Made by a program: the position numbers and the translations under genes
NCBI GenBank assembly: GCA_963793265.1
Contig: CAWBZI010000006.1
Span: forward strand, 672,001 to 736,000
Direction of reading: 5' to 3'
Length of the DNA stretch: 64,000 bases
Source of the DNA: an uncultured cyanobacterium
Lineage (GTDB): Bacteria > Cyanobacteriota > Cyanobacteriia > Phormidesmidales > Phormidesmidaceae
Shown: positions 45,813 to 56,276 of the stretch, piece after piece
Layout: each line of letters opens with the position of its first letter
How positions within the stretch are numbered: position 1 is the stretch's first letter
Notes under the pieces: model-generated
Told to the model about the DNA's origin: nothing
The model's database searches: none
The model's input: the letters and a program-made list of their open reading frames with translations, nothing else

Positions 45813-48800
45813 TTACGAATCGACGCCTTCAATTGGGGCAAATCCTTGACGCTGAACGTTCTCAGTTACCGTGCGTGGGTCTAAAAACTGAAGGAGGTAG
45901 TCGGGGCCACCTGCTTTAGAGCCAACGCCGGAGAGCTTAAAGCCGCCGAAGGGCTGGCGACCGACAATAGCGCCCGTACAGGTGCGGTTGATATAAAGGT
46001 TGCCAACTTCAAAGTCTTCATAAGCTCGGTCGATATGGGAGGGTGTGCGCGAGTAGAGGCCACCTGTTAAAGCAAAGTTAGTATTGTTGGCAATTTCTAG
46101 AGCATCCTCAAAGTTTTCAGCCTTCAGTACTGCGAGCACTGGCCCAAATATCTCCTCTTGGGCAATCACCCCGTCAGGCTTCACATCTGTGAAAATTACA
46201 GGCCCAACAAAGTACCCTTTCTCAGGCGCAGACAGCTCTAACGCTAGCGTAGCTTCTTCCTTACCCTTCGCAATATAGCCCTGAATGTTCTTCTGAGCAG
46301 CCGCATCAATTACCGGCCCCACTCTAGTTGCCGGATCTTTTGCAATCCCCACGTTCAAAGACTTTGTGGCTTCTATCAGCCGCGCTACAAAAGTCTTGTA
46401 AATAGAGGCCACCACCACCACACGAGAGCAGGCAGAACACTTTTGTCCGCTATAGCCGAAGGCAGAATAAACCACGCCCTGCACGGCCTGATCAAGGTCG
46501 GCACTCTCATCAATAACAATCGCGTTTTTACCGCCCATCTCTGCAACAACGCGCTTCAGATGCTTTTGCCCCGGCTGCAAAATAGCCGCATCTGCATATA
46601 TCTGGCAGCCCACTTCTTGAGAGCCTGTGAACACAATCATATTCACGTCTTTGTGCTTCACCAGATGATTGCCCACCGTAGAGCCTTTGCCCGGAAGATA
46701 CTGGAAAACACCCTTGGGAATACCCGCTTCTATCAAAATTTCTGAGAGCTTAGCGGCAATTACAGAAGTCACAGCAGCAGGCTTGAGCATGACGCAGTTT
46801 CCAGTCACCAAAGCTGCTACAGTCATGCCGGTAGGGATTGCGAGCGGGAAGTTCCAGGGAGAGATGACCAGCACCAAGCCTTTTGCCTGATAGAAATAGC
46901 GATCGCGCTCCCCTGCCACGTCATAAGCAATCTCTTGATCCAACCGCTCCATCTCAGCCGCATAATAATCGCAAAAATCTATCGCCTCCGATACTTCCGC
47001 ATCCGCCTGCTGCATGGGCTTACCGCCTTCAAACACCATCCAAGCATTCAGCTCATGACGCCGTTCTTCTAGCAGCTCGCCTGCCCGTCGAATAATTCCA
47101 GCCCGCTCACTCGCAGGCGTTTTCTTCCAGCCCTTAAAGGCCGCTTTAGCCGCTTCAACCGCCTGATCGGCCTGTTCAATATTAATTTGACCAATCGTAC
47201 CGACCACCTCATCGGGATCACACGGATTTACAGAGTTGATAGTGTCTGCTGTCTCAACAGACTCCCCATCAAGCACGGGCCAATAGGTTTTACCAAGCTG
47301 TTGTTGAACAGCATTCAAGCTGGCGTTAGCATCTCTTCTTAGTGCAACAGCGGCATAGTCGGTATCGGCTGCCAAATTAATCCGCGTGATCGAGTCATTA
47401 TCAGAGACAATCGGCACAGGCAGCACTTCGTCCTCATCTCTATCGCCTTCACCCCAGCTCGGAATCGCCAGAAGCTCTGCCGATGGGCGATCTTCTAAGC
47501 TCTGCTTTAAGAACGAACTGTTCGCAGTGTTTTCTAAAAGGCGACGGATGAGATAGGCCATACCGGGAATCAAATCACCGTAGGGGCAATAGACTCGGAC
47601 GCGGTGACCTTGCTTGACAAGGGCGGTGGCAATGGTATCAGCCATGCCGTATAGCACCTGAAATTCGATATTGCGAGAGGGAATATTCAGAGCGTTTACA
47701 ATCGCTAAAGCATGAGCCTGCGACCTGACGTTATGGCTCCCAATCGCCGCATATAGAACGTCGTAGTTCTCTAGCAGCAGCGCCGTCATGCGCTCAAAGT
47801 TCGCATCGGTTGAAGACTTGTGATTATAAACAGGCGTTGGCCAAAAATTCTGACGAGCCGTAATGGTTTCTTGATCCCAATAAGCGCCTTTTACCAGGCG
47901 AACGGTGATGGGTGTACCGCGCTCTTTGGCCCACGCAATTAAATCCTGCAAGTCCTGATAGCTATCGCGCAGATATGCTTGAAGCGTGATCCCCAAATCA
48001 CTACGCTCTTTGAACTCATCTTCATTCAACAGCTTTTTCAGCGCCGCTAAGGTCGCATCTTTGTAGCGATACTGTTCCATGTCGAAGTGAACAGCTACGC
48101 CTAGCTCTTTTGCCCGACGTAGCAGTGTCCGAATATGCGCAGCCACCTTACTTTCCGAGCCTTCCACATCTAACGGATCGAACTGTGAATAAAAGGCTGT
48201 TAGCTTCATCGTCACCTGCACTTTAGGCAGCGGCTCGCCGTCAGCAACATCTACCTGTGGCACCTGCGACCACTTCTTAGACGCCTCAGTCAAACGCTCC
48301 ATCAGCAGCAGATACTGATCGAGATAAGCCTGTGCTTCTTTCTCAGTGACCACCGCCTCGCCCAGCAGATCTACCGTAAAGGTCATCGACTGCTTGCGAA
48401 TGCGCTCAATGCTTTTAAGCACCTGCGTCATGTTCTCACCCGCAACGTATTTACGGGCAAGCGTTTCTACCGCACCCGAGAGCGTGGTGGCAGCAACATT
48501 TGCAGGCATAGAATTAGGATCTGCAAAGTTCAGCAGGCTTTTGAGCGCCTGCGGAACTTCAACGCTTTTGTCGCCTAGATATTCTTGCAGGTGCCGGGCG
48601 ATTTCAGGCTTAGAAGTGAGCGCTGGTAAACAGTCGATGAGGCGGAACATCTGCACGCGCAGACCCGGATTATCCATCGTCCAGCTCAGCAGCTTATCGT
48701 CCCATTTAAGCTGATCTCTCACTTTAGAGAAGAGTGACTTTTTGCCTTTGCTATCGGCTAAAAGCTGCTGGGCGATCGCCTGCGTTTGATCCTCATAGTC

Positions 48801-48863
48801 ACTGCGAACGTCATCAACCCGATTGCTAACTTGACTATCAGAGCGAGCGGCACTAATCACCAT
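45813..48863 (-). CDS. putA: Bifunctional proline dehydrogenase / P5C dehydrogenase
   Basis: DLLGEAV, VRLVKGAYWD, AYLIRRLLENTAN, ISPWNFPLAI, AEMGGKN, GQKCSACSR, QPFGGFKLSG. Confidence 0.96.
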   Translation of the reverse strand: MVISAARSDSQVSNRVDDVRSDYEDQTQAIAQQLLADSKGKKSLFSKVRDQLKWDDKLLSWTMDNPGLRVQMFRLIDCLPALTSKPEIARHLQEYLGDKSVEVPQALKSLLNFADPNSMPANVAATTLSGAVETLARKYVAGENMTQVLKSIERIRKQSMTFTVDLLGEAVVTEKEAQAYLDQYLLLMERLTEASKKWSQVPQVDVADGEPLPKVQVTMKLTAFYSQFDPLDVEGSESKVAAHIRTLLRRAKELGVAVHFDMEQYRYKDATLAALKKLLNEDEFKERSDLGITLQAYLRDSYQDLQDLIAWAKERGTPITVRLVKGAYWDQETITARQNFWPTPVYNHKSSTDANFERMTALLLENYDVLYAAIGSHNVRSQAHALAIVNALNIPSRNIEFQVLYGMADTIATALVKQGHRVRVYCPYGDLIPGMAYLIRRLLENTANSSFLKQSLEDRPSAELLAIPSWGEGDRDEDEVLPVPIVSDNDSITRINLAADTDYAAVALRRDANASLNAVQQQLGKTYWPVLDGESVETADTINSVNPCDPDEVVGTIGQINIEQADQAVEAAKAAFKGWKKTPASERAGIIRRAGELLEERRHELNAWMVFEGGKPMQQADAEVSEAIDFCDYYAAEMERLDQEIAYDVAGERDRYFYQAKGLVLVISPWNFPLAIPTGMTVAALVTGNCVMLKPAAVTSVIAAKLSEILIEAGIPKGVFQYLPGKGSTVGNHLVKHKDVNMIVFTGSQEVGCQIYADAAILQPGQKHLKRVVAEMGGKNAIVIDESADLDQAVQGVVYSAFGYSGQKCSACSRVVVVASIYKTFVARLIEATKSLNVGIAKDPATRVGPVIDAAAQKNIQGYIAKGKEEATLALELSAPEKGYFVGPVIFTDVKPDGVIAQEEIFGPVLAVLKAENFEDALEIANNTNFALTGGLYSRTPSHIDRAYEDFEVGNLYINRTCTGAIVGRQPFGGFKLSGVGSKAGGPDYLLQFLDPRTVTENVQRQGFAPIEGVDS

Positions 48864-48946
48864 CTAAAAAAGTCTCCTAACTTCCTATTAACCTTTCAAA
48901 AATTCAACCAAGATCCAGCTTTCAAGCCTACAAGAACCACGGGCAC

Positions 48947-48978
48947 AAAAGCATGATCCAGAAGGAATGGATCATACC
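48947..48978 (-). terminator. Hairpin plus short U-tract between cphA and putA
   Basis: Minus strand GTATGATCCA-ttccttc-TGGATCATGC-TTTT. Confidence 0.55.
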
Positions 48979-49027
48979 TGTACAAATCTCTAATCCCAAC
49001 CGTATAGCGCCTAATTACATCGGCGAA

Positions 49028-51979
49028 TTAGTGCACAGCCGCATTAGCAGGCGTCGAACTATTGAGCCCCTTCACGCCGCCCGCAGCAGCGCCAACCTTA
49101 GCATCCTTGATCTCCTTGATAGGATTATTAGGAAACGCCATCCCCTTCGGACTATCAGCAGATTCCTTCAGTTCTCCCGCACCTTCAATCAGCGGATTAC
49201 GCGCCTTGATAATCTCAATTGCCGCGCTCACGCTCTCAGGCAAGATCACCACCAACCCATCATCAGGGGCGTTGTCTAAAGCCCATGCGATCGCCTCGGC
49301 CTCATCCAAACAAATCTTGTGAGTACCGCTCTTATCTTCACACTCAGCACTCAAATCAGGCTGACTGCTTCCGCCGTCATCAGCATCGCTACTCTCAGCC
49401 TCCACACCTTTCGGCCCAAAACCTGTCCCTGCTTTTACCGTCACCTTCTCAACTTCAGGTGCTTGGCTAGCATCACTCGCCGCCACCGCATCCGTCTGAA
49501 TCTCGACCTCAACTGATTTGCCGACAATGCCCTTCGCAATCAGTTTGGCCACCTCACCCGGCTCACGTCCGCGCCTATCGCGATCTTCTTTTATCACCAC
49601 ACGATCAAATATCTGTGCTGATAGCTCGCCTAGCGCAACCAAATCTTCATCGCGGCGATCGCCCGGCGCACCAATCACGCCCACCGACTCACCCGGCCAG
49701 TTTTTCACAAAGCTACCCACGGCCTCATAACCAGCCGGATTGTGGGCGTAGTCAACCAGCGCATGAAAGCGACCCATATTGAACAGATTCATTCGACCTG
49801 GGATTTGCCCAGACGTTGCCTTGAAGCTCTTCAGCGCCGCGCGAATATCTTCTATTTTCACGCCTTGTACAAAGCCAACTAAGCTGGCAGCAAGGGCATT
49901 AGCAATCATAAAGGGCGCGCGTCCAGCCATCGTCACCGGCACGTTTTCGGCCTTTTCAATGCGTAAGAGCCAGTCGCGCTGCAAAATTGATAGGTAGCCT
50001 TCTTCGTAGACTGCGGCCACACCGCCTGCTTGAACGTGCGATCGCACCAACTCATTCTCAGCGTCCATCGAGAAATAAGCCACCTTAGCCCGCACACGCT
50101 CAGCCATCGCCACTACGCGCTCATCATCGGCATTTAGCACCACATAGCCCTCCGTTCGGACGGACTCTGCCACCACCGCTTTAAGCTTAGCAAGCTGATC
50201 TATCGTGTCGATATCGCCAATGCCCAGGTGATCGGCTGCTACGTTTAGCACCACGCCCACATCACACTGCTTAAAGGCAAGACCAGAGCGCAGTAACCCG
50301 CCTCGTGCTGTTTCCAATACCGCCATCTCTACCGTCGGATCTTGCAAAATCATCCGAGCACTCTGAGGCCCAGTCGTGTCGCCTTTTTCTACAAGATGGT
50401 CGCCTAGATAAATACCATCGGTCGTAGTAAAACCAACCACATCGTATACCTGACGGAAAATATGAGCCGTCAGCCGCGTTGTCGTCGTTTTCCCATTTGT
50501 CCCTGTGATCGCCACAATCGGAATCCGCGTCGGCTGATTGGGCGGCAGCAACATGTCCATAATCGGGCCAGCCACATTGCGCGGTACGCCCACGCTAGGA
50601 GCCACATGCATCCGCAGTCCTGGTGCAGCATTCACTTCCACAATCACGCTGTTGGTCACCTTCATTGGCTGGGAAATGTCGGTCGTGACAATATCAATGC
50701 CAGCCACATCTAAGCCAATCAAGCGAGACGCGCGCTCTGCAATCCAAATCGTCTCAGGATGGATCTCATCGGTTCGATCAATCGCAACGCCGCCTGTACT
50801 TAAGTTCGCAGTTTCTCTCAGATAGCAGATCTCGCCTGCTTCTAAAACGCTATCGAGCGTCAGCTTCTGAGTTCGCAACAGCTTTTCTGTGGTTTTATCG
50901 AACTGTATGTGAGTCAGAATATTATCGTGACCTTCGCCTCTACGGGGGTCTTTGTTTTCTTTCTCAACCAGCGCCTCAATCGTATCTTTGCCGTTGCCAA
51001 TCACGTGCGCGGGCACCCGTTCGGCCACCGCAATCACCTTATGATTCACCACCAAAACGCGGTGATCGCGGCCCCGATAAAAGTGCTCTACAATCACGCC
51101 ATCCGACACCTCACGAGCCTTGTCGTAGGCAATCTCAGCCTCTTCCCAAGTCTCGATTTCTAACGTAATACCGCGTCCGTGATTGCCGTTCAAAGGCTTC
51201 ACCACAATCGGATAGCCGCCTAAATAGTCCAGCGCATCTTCCATCTCACGCAGCGAATACACCACGCTACCTTTAGGTACCGGAATCCCAGCGCCTGCCA
51301 GCATCAGCTTTGTGCTTTCCTTATCACAGGCCAGTTCCACACCTAAAATGTTGCTATAGGCTGTTAGCGAAGCCTGTATACGCTTTTGATATTTGCCGTA
51401 GCCAAACTGAAGCAAATTACGCACGTCTAGCTCAAACCAGGGAATTTTGCGCGCTTCTGCCTCGCGTACCAAAGCTTCCGTACTAGGCCCTAGCGCCGCT
51501 TTTATCTTGAGATCTCTGAGATCTTCTAAGTCTTTTTGCAGCTCGGTGTTGGGATAGCCACCCGTCTCGACAATGCTTTCACAGATACGTAAAGCCGCTC
51601 TAGCCGCATAGCGCCCGGCCTGCTCGTTTTCATATTCAAACACAACCTGATAAACGCCAGGCGTTGCCGTTTCACGGGTACGGCCAAAGCCAACGTCCAT
51701 ACCGGCTAATGACTGTAATTCAATCGCAACATGTTCCATAATGTGACCCATCATGGTACCTTCCTGAAGCCGCTGCAAAAAGCCGCCTCTGTAGCCTGGA
51801 GAGCAAAAGTGCTCTATCAAGCTAGGCAGCGTGGTGAGCAGGCCATCGTAAAAGCCATCGATAGTATCAGAAGGACGATCTGCGAGTTCCTCCAGATCCA
51901 AGCGAACAACGATTAGGTTGGTATAACCGATGCTCCAGTAGTTGGGGCCGCGTAGCGTTTGGGTCTTGAGAATTTCCAT
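49028..51979 (-). CDS. cphA: Cyanophycin synthetase
   Basis: LRGPNYWS, EHFCSPG...GGF, LGPST, ATP-grasp VKPLNGNHGRG, ITGTNGKTTT, VLETARGG, DYAHNP, GDRRDED. Confidence 0.97.
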   Translation of the reverse strand: MEILKTQTLRGPNYWSIGYTNLIVVRLDLEELADRPSDTIDGFYDGLLTTLPSLIEHFCSPGYRGGFLQRLQEGTMMGHIMEHVAIELQSLAGMDVGFGRTRETATPGVYQVVFEYENEQAGRYAARAALRICESIVETGGYPNTELQKDLEDLRDLKIKAALGPSTEALVREAEARKIPWFELDVRNLLQFGYGKYQKRIQASLTAYSNILGVELACDKESTKLMLAGAGIPVPKGSVVYSLREMEDALDYLGGYPIVVKPLNGNHGRGITLEIETWEEAEIAYDKAREVSDGVIVEHFYRGRDHRVLVVNHKVIAVAERVPAHVIGNGKDTIEALVEKENKDPRRGEGHDNILTHIQFDKTTEKLLRTQKLTLDSVLEAGEICYLRETANLSTGGVAIDRTDEIHPETIWIAERASRLIGLDVAGIDIVTTDISQPMKVTNSVIVEVNAAPGLRMHVAPSVGVPRNVAGPIMDMLLPPNQPTRIPIVAITGTNGKTTTTRLTAHIFRQVYDVVGFTTTDGIYLGDHLVEKGDTTGPQSARMILQDPTVEMAVLETARGGLLRSGLAFKQCDVGVVLNVAADHLGIGDIDTIDQLAKLKAVVAESVRTEGYVVLNADDERVVAMAERVRAKVAYFSMDAENELVRSHVQAGGVAAVYEEGYLSILQRDWLLRIEKAENVPVTMAGRAPFMIANALAASLVGFVQGVKIEDIRAALKSFKATSGQIPGRMNLFNMGRFHALVDYAHNPAGYEAVGSFVKNWPGESVGVIGAPGDRRDEDLVALGELSAQIFDRVVIKEDRDRRGREPGEVAKLIAKGIVGKSVEVEIQTDAVAASDASQAPEVEKVTVKAGTGFGPKGVEAESSDADDGGSSQPDLSAECEDKSGTHKICLDEAEAIAWALDNAPDDGLVVILPESVSAAIEIIKARNPLIEGAGELKESADSPKGMAFPNNPIKEIKDAKVGAAAGGVKGLNSSTPANAAVH

Positions 51980-52133
51980 AAGATTCGTAGGCGCATTTCT
52001 TTATCGCCAATGATCTAGATACAACGTGGGTAGCTTTTTCGTCTGTTTTTTAACTCTTTAGCCTTCTAACTCTCTATGGATTTCGGCACGTTTGGAATGT
52101 CAAAAACCCTTAGAGAAAAGTCGTTAAACGACA

Positions 52134-52976
52134 CTAGAATAGAAGAGAACGATTTTTATAATCATACCGATCGCCTCGATTTAGCACATGCAATTTAAGG
52201 TTATGCAGGCTAAGAGGAGCCGTATCTTCGGCCCTGACATAGTTGGTATGGCTCAGGTGACCCGAATCAATCACGGTAATAGAGCCTTTGCCTAGCACTT
52301 GAAAAGTACCGTCGCCAGCAAGAGCGATGCAGGTGTCTTCATCAATGCCAATACCTAGCTTGTCAGGGTTGGCTGCGATCGCACTGAGCAAGCGCGCCAT
52401 TCGATTTCGATTGTGAAAATGTTGGTCAACAAGCAACTCAGGAACAATTGCTAGGCCCACTGATAAGTCTACCAGAGCTTTGTTAGGTGATTCACCGCTG
52501 CTGCCGCCTGCGATCATTTTTTCGCCCATCATGGCTGCGCCTGCGCTCGTACCTGCTAGGACGACTCTGCCCGCTGCGAGCTTTGCTCTAATCGCTTTGA
52601 TCAGGCGCGTATCACCGAGCAGATCGCACAGGCGCACCTGATCGCCGCCGGTAACAAAGATGCCGCTACAGTCATTAAGCGCATCTATCCACCGTGATTC
52701 TTCGCACTCTTCACGATGGCGAATGTCCATCACCTGGACTTGCTTTGCGCCCATTTTGGTAAAAATTTGATAGTAGCGATCGCCCACAATCGTAGGCTCT
52801 CGCGAGGCTGCTGGGATGATACCAATCGTTGCCATATCGCCACCGGCACTTTCAAAAAAAGCCTTGAGGATATCACAACCATTCGTTTTATCTTCTGCCC
52901 CACCAATGATCATCACTGGGTACCGGGTAGAAATTGTCATAGACTGTTGAGCCAAACGAGATTGCAGTTCCAGCAT
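52134..52976 (-). CDS. cphB: Cyanophycinase
   Basis: IIGGAEDK, TGGDQ, GTSAGAA, DQHFHNRNRMARL, GIDEDT; upstream of cphA. Start may be 53006 or 52940. Confidence 0.96.
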   Translation of the reverse strand: MLELQSRLAQQSMTISTRYPVMIIGGAEDKTNGCDILKAFFESAGGDMATIGIIPAASREPTIVGDRYYQIFTKMGAKQVQVMDIRHREECEESRWIDALNDCSGIFVTGGDQVRLCDLLGDTRLIKAIRAKLAAGRVVLAGTSAGAAMMGEKMIAGGSSGESPNKALVDLSVGLAIVPELLVDQHFHNRNRMARLLSAIAANPDKLGIGIDEDTCIALAGDGTFQVLGKGSITVIDSGHLSHTNYVRAEDTAPLSLHNLKLHVLNRGDRYDYKNRSLLF

Positions 52977-53223
52977 AAAACTATCCCAGCGATTTATTAA
53001 CGTCATGCACCAAAAGCAGTCCTAAACAACCGAATTAACGTCTAAGTCTCCCTACGTGAATTCATGGTCTAGTTTAGAACGCTAACACCCCGCACTCTAT
53101 CAAGGCTTCATGACATGGTTTTGTATAAAATTTAACTAGAGCTTAATTTTTAGCGAGTGAGTGAGGGGGCTTTACAATGGTGATCAGTCGCGATCCCTAT
53201 CTATTGAATCCTTAACTACAAAC

Positions 53224-53490
53224 ATGAGCAAAGAAGAAGTTAACCAGTCTATCGAAGCGCTCCATGCTGAAATTGCGCAGCTTGATACACCAGATACTGC
53301 GGTGAGAGAAAAGTTGCTAGCGCTGATCAGCGATGTTGAAAAGCAAATGCAAGATCCTGATAGCGTGGCGCACAAGGAAGCAAACTTACAAAATCTGCCA
53401 TCGTTAATAGAGCAGTTTGAAAGCGAGCACCCCAAAGTGACGACGACACTGGGTCGATTGCTCAATACGCTTAGCAGCCTTGGTATCTAG
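53224..53490 (+). CDS. DUF4404 family protein
   Basis: ...FESEHPKVTTTLGRLLNTLSSLGI C-terminus. Confidence 0.8.
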   Translation: MSKEEVNQSIEALHAEIAQLDTPDTAVREKLLALISDVEKQMQDPDSVAHKEANLQNLPSLIEQFESEHPKVTTTLGRLLNTLSSLGI

Positions 53491-53503
53491 TTACGTTTAA
53501 GCG

Positions 53504-53992
53504 TTATCCATGGCAGTGCTTGAAGAGTTTTCCGCTGCCGCACCAGCAGGGCTCGGTTCGCTTAGGCTGATAGGGCAGTAGCATTTCGCCCGTGGTATAC
53601 AGCCAGCGACCCGATGACTTGATGAAGTGCGATCGCTCGTGCATCTGCCTCACCTCACCTACAGACTGAGCCATCAACACTGATCCTGCTGGCTGATAGG
53701 CGGCAACAAATTCTACAATGCCGGTTTTGTCTCTAGTCTTGCCTTTTTGAGTGCTGACGATTAACAAGTTCAGCCAGCGGGTGTTCTTTATGCTTTGAGC
53801 AAGGCTGGCGCGCGTCTCAGGCGTTTTGTGCGTGGCGATCAGGTAGTCAATTTGGCCCTGATGAAAGGCGGTATAGCGCGATCGCATCAAGGCTTCTGCG
53901 GTAGGGGCGCTCACTTCACCGGCTAAATACAGCCCGCAGCAGTTTGATAGCGTCTTTTGAGAACCACACGGGCATAAAGCCGACTCGCTCAC
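53504..53992 (-). CDS. YchJ family SEC-C motif protein
   Basis: CPCGS...CC, TAEALMRSRYTAF, HERSHF, C-terminal PCWCGSGKLFKHCHG. Confidence 0.9.
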   Translation of the reverse strand: MSESALCPCGSQKTLSNCCGLYLAGEVSAPTAEALMRSRYTAFHQGQIDYLIATHKTPETRASLAQSIKNTRWLNLLIVSTQKGKTRDKTGIVEFVAAYQPAGSVLMAQSVGEVRQMHERSHFIKSSGRWLYTTGEMLLPYQPKRTEPCWCGSGKLFKHCHG

Positions 53993-54357
53993 GACTTGCC
54001 GCCATCCACACTGATCAGCCCAGGGCCGTTTGCAATCGTCATTAGTAGCCCGCCAATCAGGGCCAGATTTTTTAAAAAGCCAGTCAAATCTCCTGGCAAA
54101 GGATGAAAGAGTAGCGTCGTTGGAATCAGGAACAAAATGAGCAGCACAGCGCCTACTTTTGTCTTGTAGCCCAGCACTAAAGAAATTGCACCTAGCAGCA
54201 AAAAGACGACGGTTCCAACTGCCAGCACAGGCGCAGCAGGCAACCCCTTTTCGCTAATGGCTGATACGAGTCCTTGGAATCCAGTGAGATGATTAATCCC
54301 CGAGTTCAAAAAGATAAGTGCTAGGCAAATGCGGCCTGCTAAAGGGAGATAAGCCAT
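53989..54357 (-). CDS. DoxX family membrane protein
   Basis: GRICLALIF, FLIPTTLLFH, FLKNLALIGGLL...GPG. Confidence 0.88.
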   Translation of the reverse strand: MAYLPLAGRICLALIFLNSGINHLTGFQGLVSAISEKGLPAAPVLAVGTVVFLLLGAISLVLGYKTKVGAVLLILFLIPTTLLFHPLPGDLTGFLKNLALIGGLLMTIANGPGLISVDGGKS

Positions 54358-54511
54358 AGATAGATTGAGCCTCTAGATCCGATAAAGAGGTATTTTAACG
54401 ATTTCATGGACGACGTAGATGAGAGGCGCATAATTTACGCAACTTCCAATCAACTTCAAACTGACCAGACCGCGCTGCCGCTAAAATAGACGCACCCGCC
54501 AAGTAGTACTT

Positions 54512-55834
54512 ATGTCTCAGTCTGTCTCTGTACCTACCGACACTATCCCCGAAGTCCTTCCAGGCATAGCGCTTTCTCAGCAGCAGTGGCAAAGCTTGCA
54601 GGCGCTCGAAGATTTTGTGAATAGCGATGAGAAAATCTATCTACTAACAGGCTATGCGGGCACAGGCAAAACGACGCTGCTACAGGCGCTCATTGCCAGG
54701 TTGCAGCAGCAGTACGATGCTAGACCGATTGCGCTCACGGCCCTGAGTAATAAGGCGACTAAGGTATTGCAGGCGATGGCCTATCGGTGGGGCTGCGAAG
54801 TAGACTGCATGACCTGCTGTAAGCTGCTGGGCTTAAGGCCAGTGATTGATAAGGAAACGGGCGGGCAGAAGTTTGAGCCGGATCGCGATCGCAAAAATCT
54901 CACCACTGAATACGATTTGGTCGTGGTAGACGAATGCTCCATGATCAATCAGGAGATGTGGGAGCTGCTAGTTAATTCAGTTTCAAGACTCACCGATGGT
55001 ACGCAGCTATTGTTTGTAGGCGATTCGGCTCAGCTACCGCCTGTAGGTGAAGAAGAAGCCCCTTGCTTTGAAAGAATTTTCCACCGCAGCGATCTCACTG
55101 AAGTCATTCGCTATGGCGGCGCAATCGGCCTGCTAGCTGAAGACATTCGCACCAACTTAGAGCGGCCCGCTATGCCGCAGCCCAGCAACGACTATAACGA
55201 GGCCCACACCGAAGGCATTTTCACCGTGCCGCAGCCGCAGTGGGAAAAGCTCATGCTTAGGGCCTTTAAGAGCAAAGCCTACGAAAAAGACCCCGACCAC
55301 GTGCGCGTACTGGCCTACACTAACGCTAGAGTCAACTACCTAAACAACAAAATTCGCGCGGCCATTTATGGCGACAAAGCCGCCCGATTCGTTTCAGGCG
55401 AGCGGCTAATCGCCAAAAACGTCTGCATGGGCAAAGACCGCATTCTCCTGCAAACTTCTGAAGAGTGCATGGTGATGGAAGCCTATCTGGTGCGCTTTGA
55501 AGGCTGGCTGGTATGGGAGCTAGAGATCGTCACTGAAGACCATCAGGAAAAGAAGCTCAGGGTTCTGCACGAGGATGAACAAACGCGCTTTAAAGGACTT
55601 CTGTCTGATTACTCCGAAAAAAAGCAGTGGATGGCCTTTTGGGACTACAAGCAGCTTTTTCACGAGCTGAGCTACGCCTACAGCCTTACCGTCCACAAAA
55701 GCCAGGGCTCTACCTTTCAAGACGTATTCGTAGACGTGCCTAATCTGATGCTGAATCGCAAAGTCACCGAGCGCAACCAGCTTTACTACGTGGCATTTAC
55801 GCGGGCAGCAAAGCGGCTGTTTTTATGCCGGTAG
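54512..55834 (+). CDS. SF1B helicase (Dda/RecD-like)
   Basis: GYAGTGKTT, VVDECSM, VGDSAQLPPV, YSLTVHKSQGST, YVAFTRA. Confidence 0.9.
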   Translation: MSQSVSVPTDTIPEVLPGIALSQQQWQSLQALEDFVNSDEKIYLLTGYAGTGKTTLLQALIARLQQQYDARPIALTALSNKATKVLQAMAYRWGCEVDCMTCCKLLGLRPVIDKETGGQKFEPDRDRKNLTTEYDLVVVDECSMINQEMWELLVNSVSRLTDGTQLLFVGDSAQLPPVGEEEAPCFERIFHRSDLTEVIRYGGAIGLLAEDIRTNLERPAMPQPSNDYNEAHTEGIFTVPQPQWEKLMLRAFKSKAYEKDPDHVRVLAYTNARVNYLNNKIRAAIYGDKAARFVSGERLIAKNVCMGKDRILLQTSEECMVMEAYLVRFEGWLVWELEIVTEDHQEKKLRVLHEDEQTRFKGLLSDYSEKKQWMAFWDYKQLFHELSYAYSLTVHKSQGSTFQDVFVDVPNLMLNRKVTERNQLYYVAFTRAAKRLFLCR

Positions 55835-56236
55835 TTCTGTCGCCATCGGACTACAAAACTCTATCAGTGTGCCTTCTATCGCACGGACATAGGCAACCGT
55901 TTGCCCCCAAGGTTTCTCTTTAGGCGGCGCGACTGGCAGCGCCCCTTCATCTAGCGCCTTTTTATAGTCGGCCTCTACATCCTTGCTCACCAGCGCTAGC
56001 TCAAAGCCAAACGGCGTTTTCTCTAAGTCAGACTTCTGATAAAGCCCTTGCAGATTTGTTTGCCCTAAATCATGCGAAGCAAAGGCCAAAACGGTTTCTC
56101 CCGTTTGCAGCTCGCCGTAGTCAACCGTGCCGCCATCCTCATACACCATCCGCGTTTCAAACCCAAACGCTCGGGTGTAAAAGTCCATTGTTTTGTTCAC
56201 GTCAGCGACATAAATAATCACGTATCCTAGTTTCAT
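55823..56236 (-). CDS. VOC/glyoxalase family protein
   Basis: YVIIYVADV...FYTRAFG, PKEKPWGQTVAYVR...LIE. Confidence 0.88.
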   Translation of the reverse strand: MKLGYVIIYVADVNKTMDFYTRAFGFETRMVYEDGGTVDYGELQTGETVLAFASHDLGQTNLQGLYQKSDLEKTPFGFELALVSKDVEADYKKALDEGALPVAPPKEKPWGQTVAYVRAIEGTLIEFCSPMATELPA

Positions 56237-56276
56237 TCGCTATACCTATTTACGTACCTTTTAATCTCTGATCATT

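Noticed and set aside
54512..55834. Dda-like helicase as a sign of prophage or defence island
   Set aside because: Neighbours are ordinary chromosomal genes; no phage, integrase or defence partners are present.
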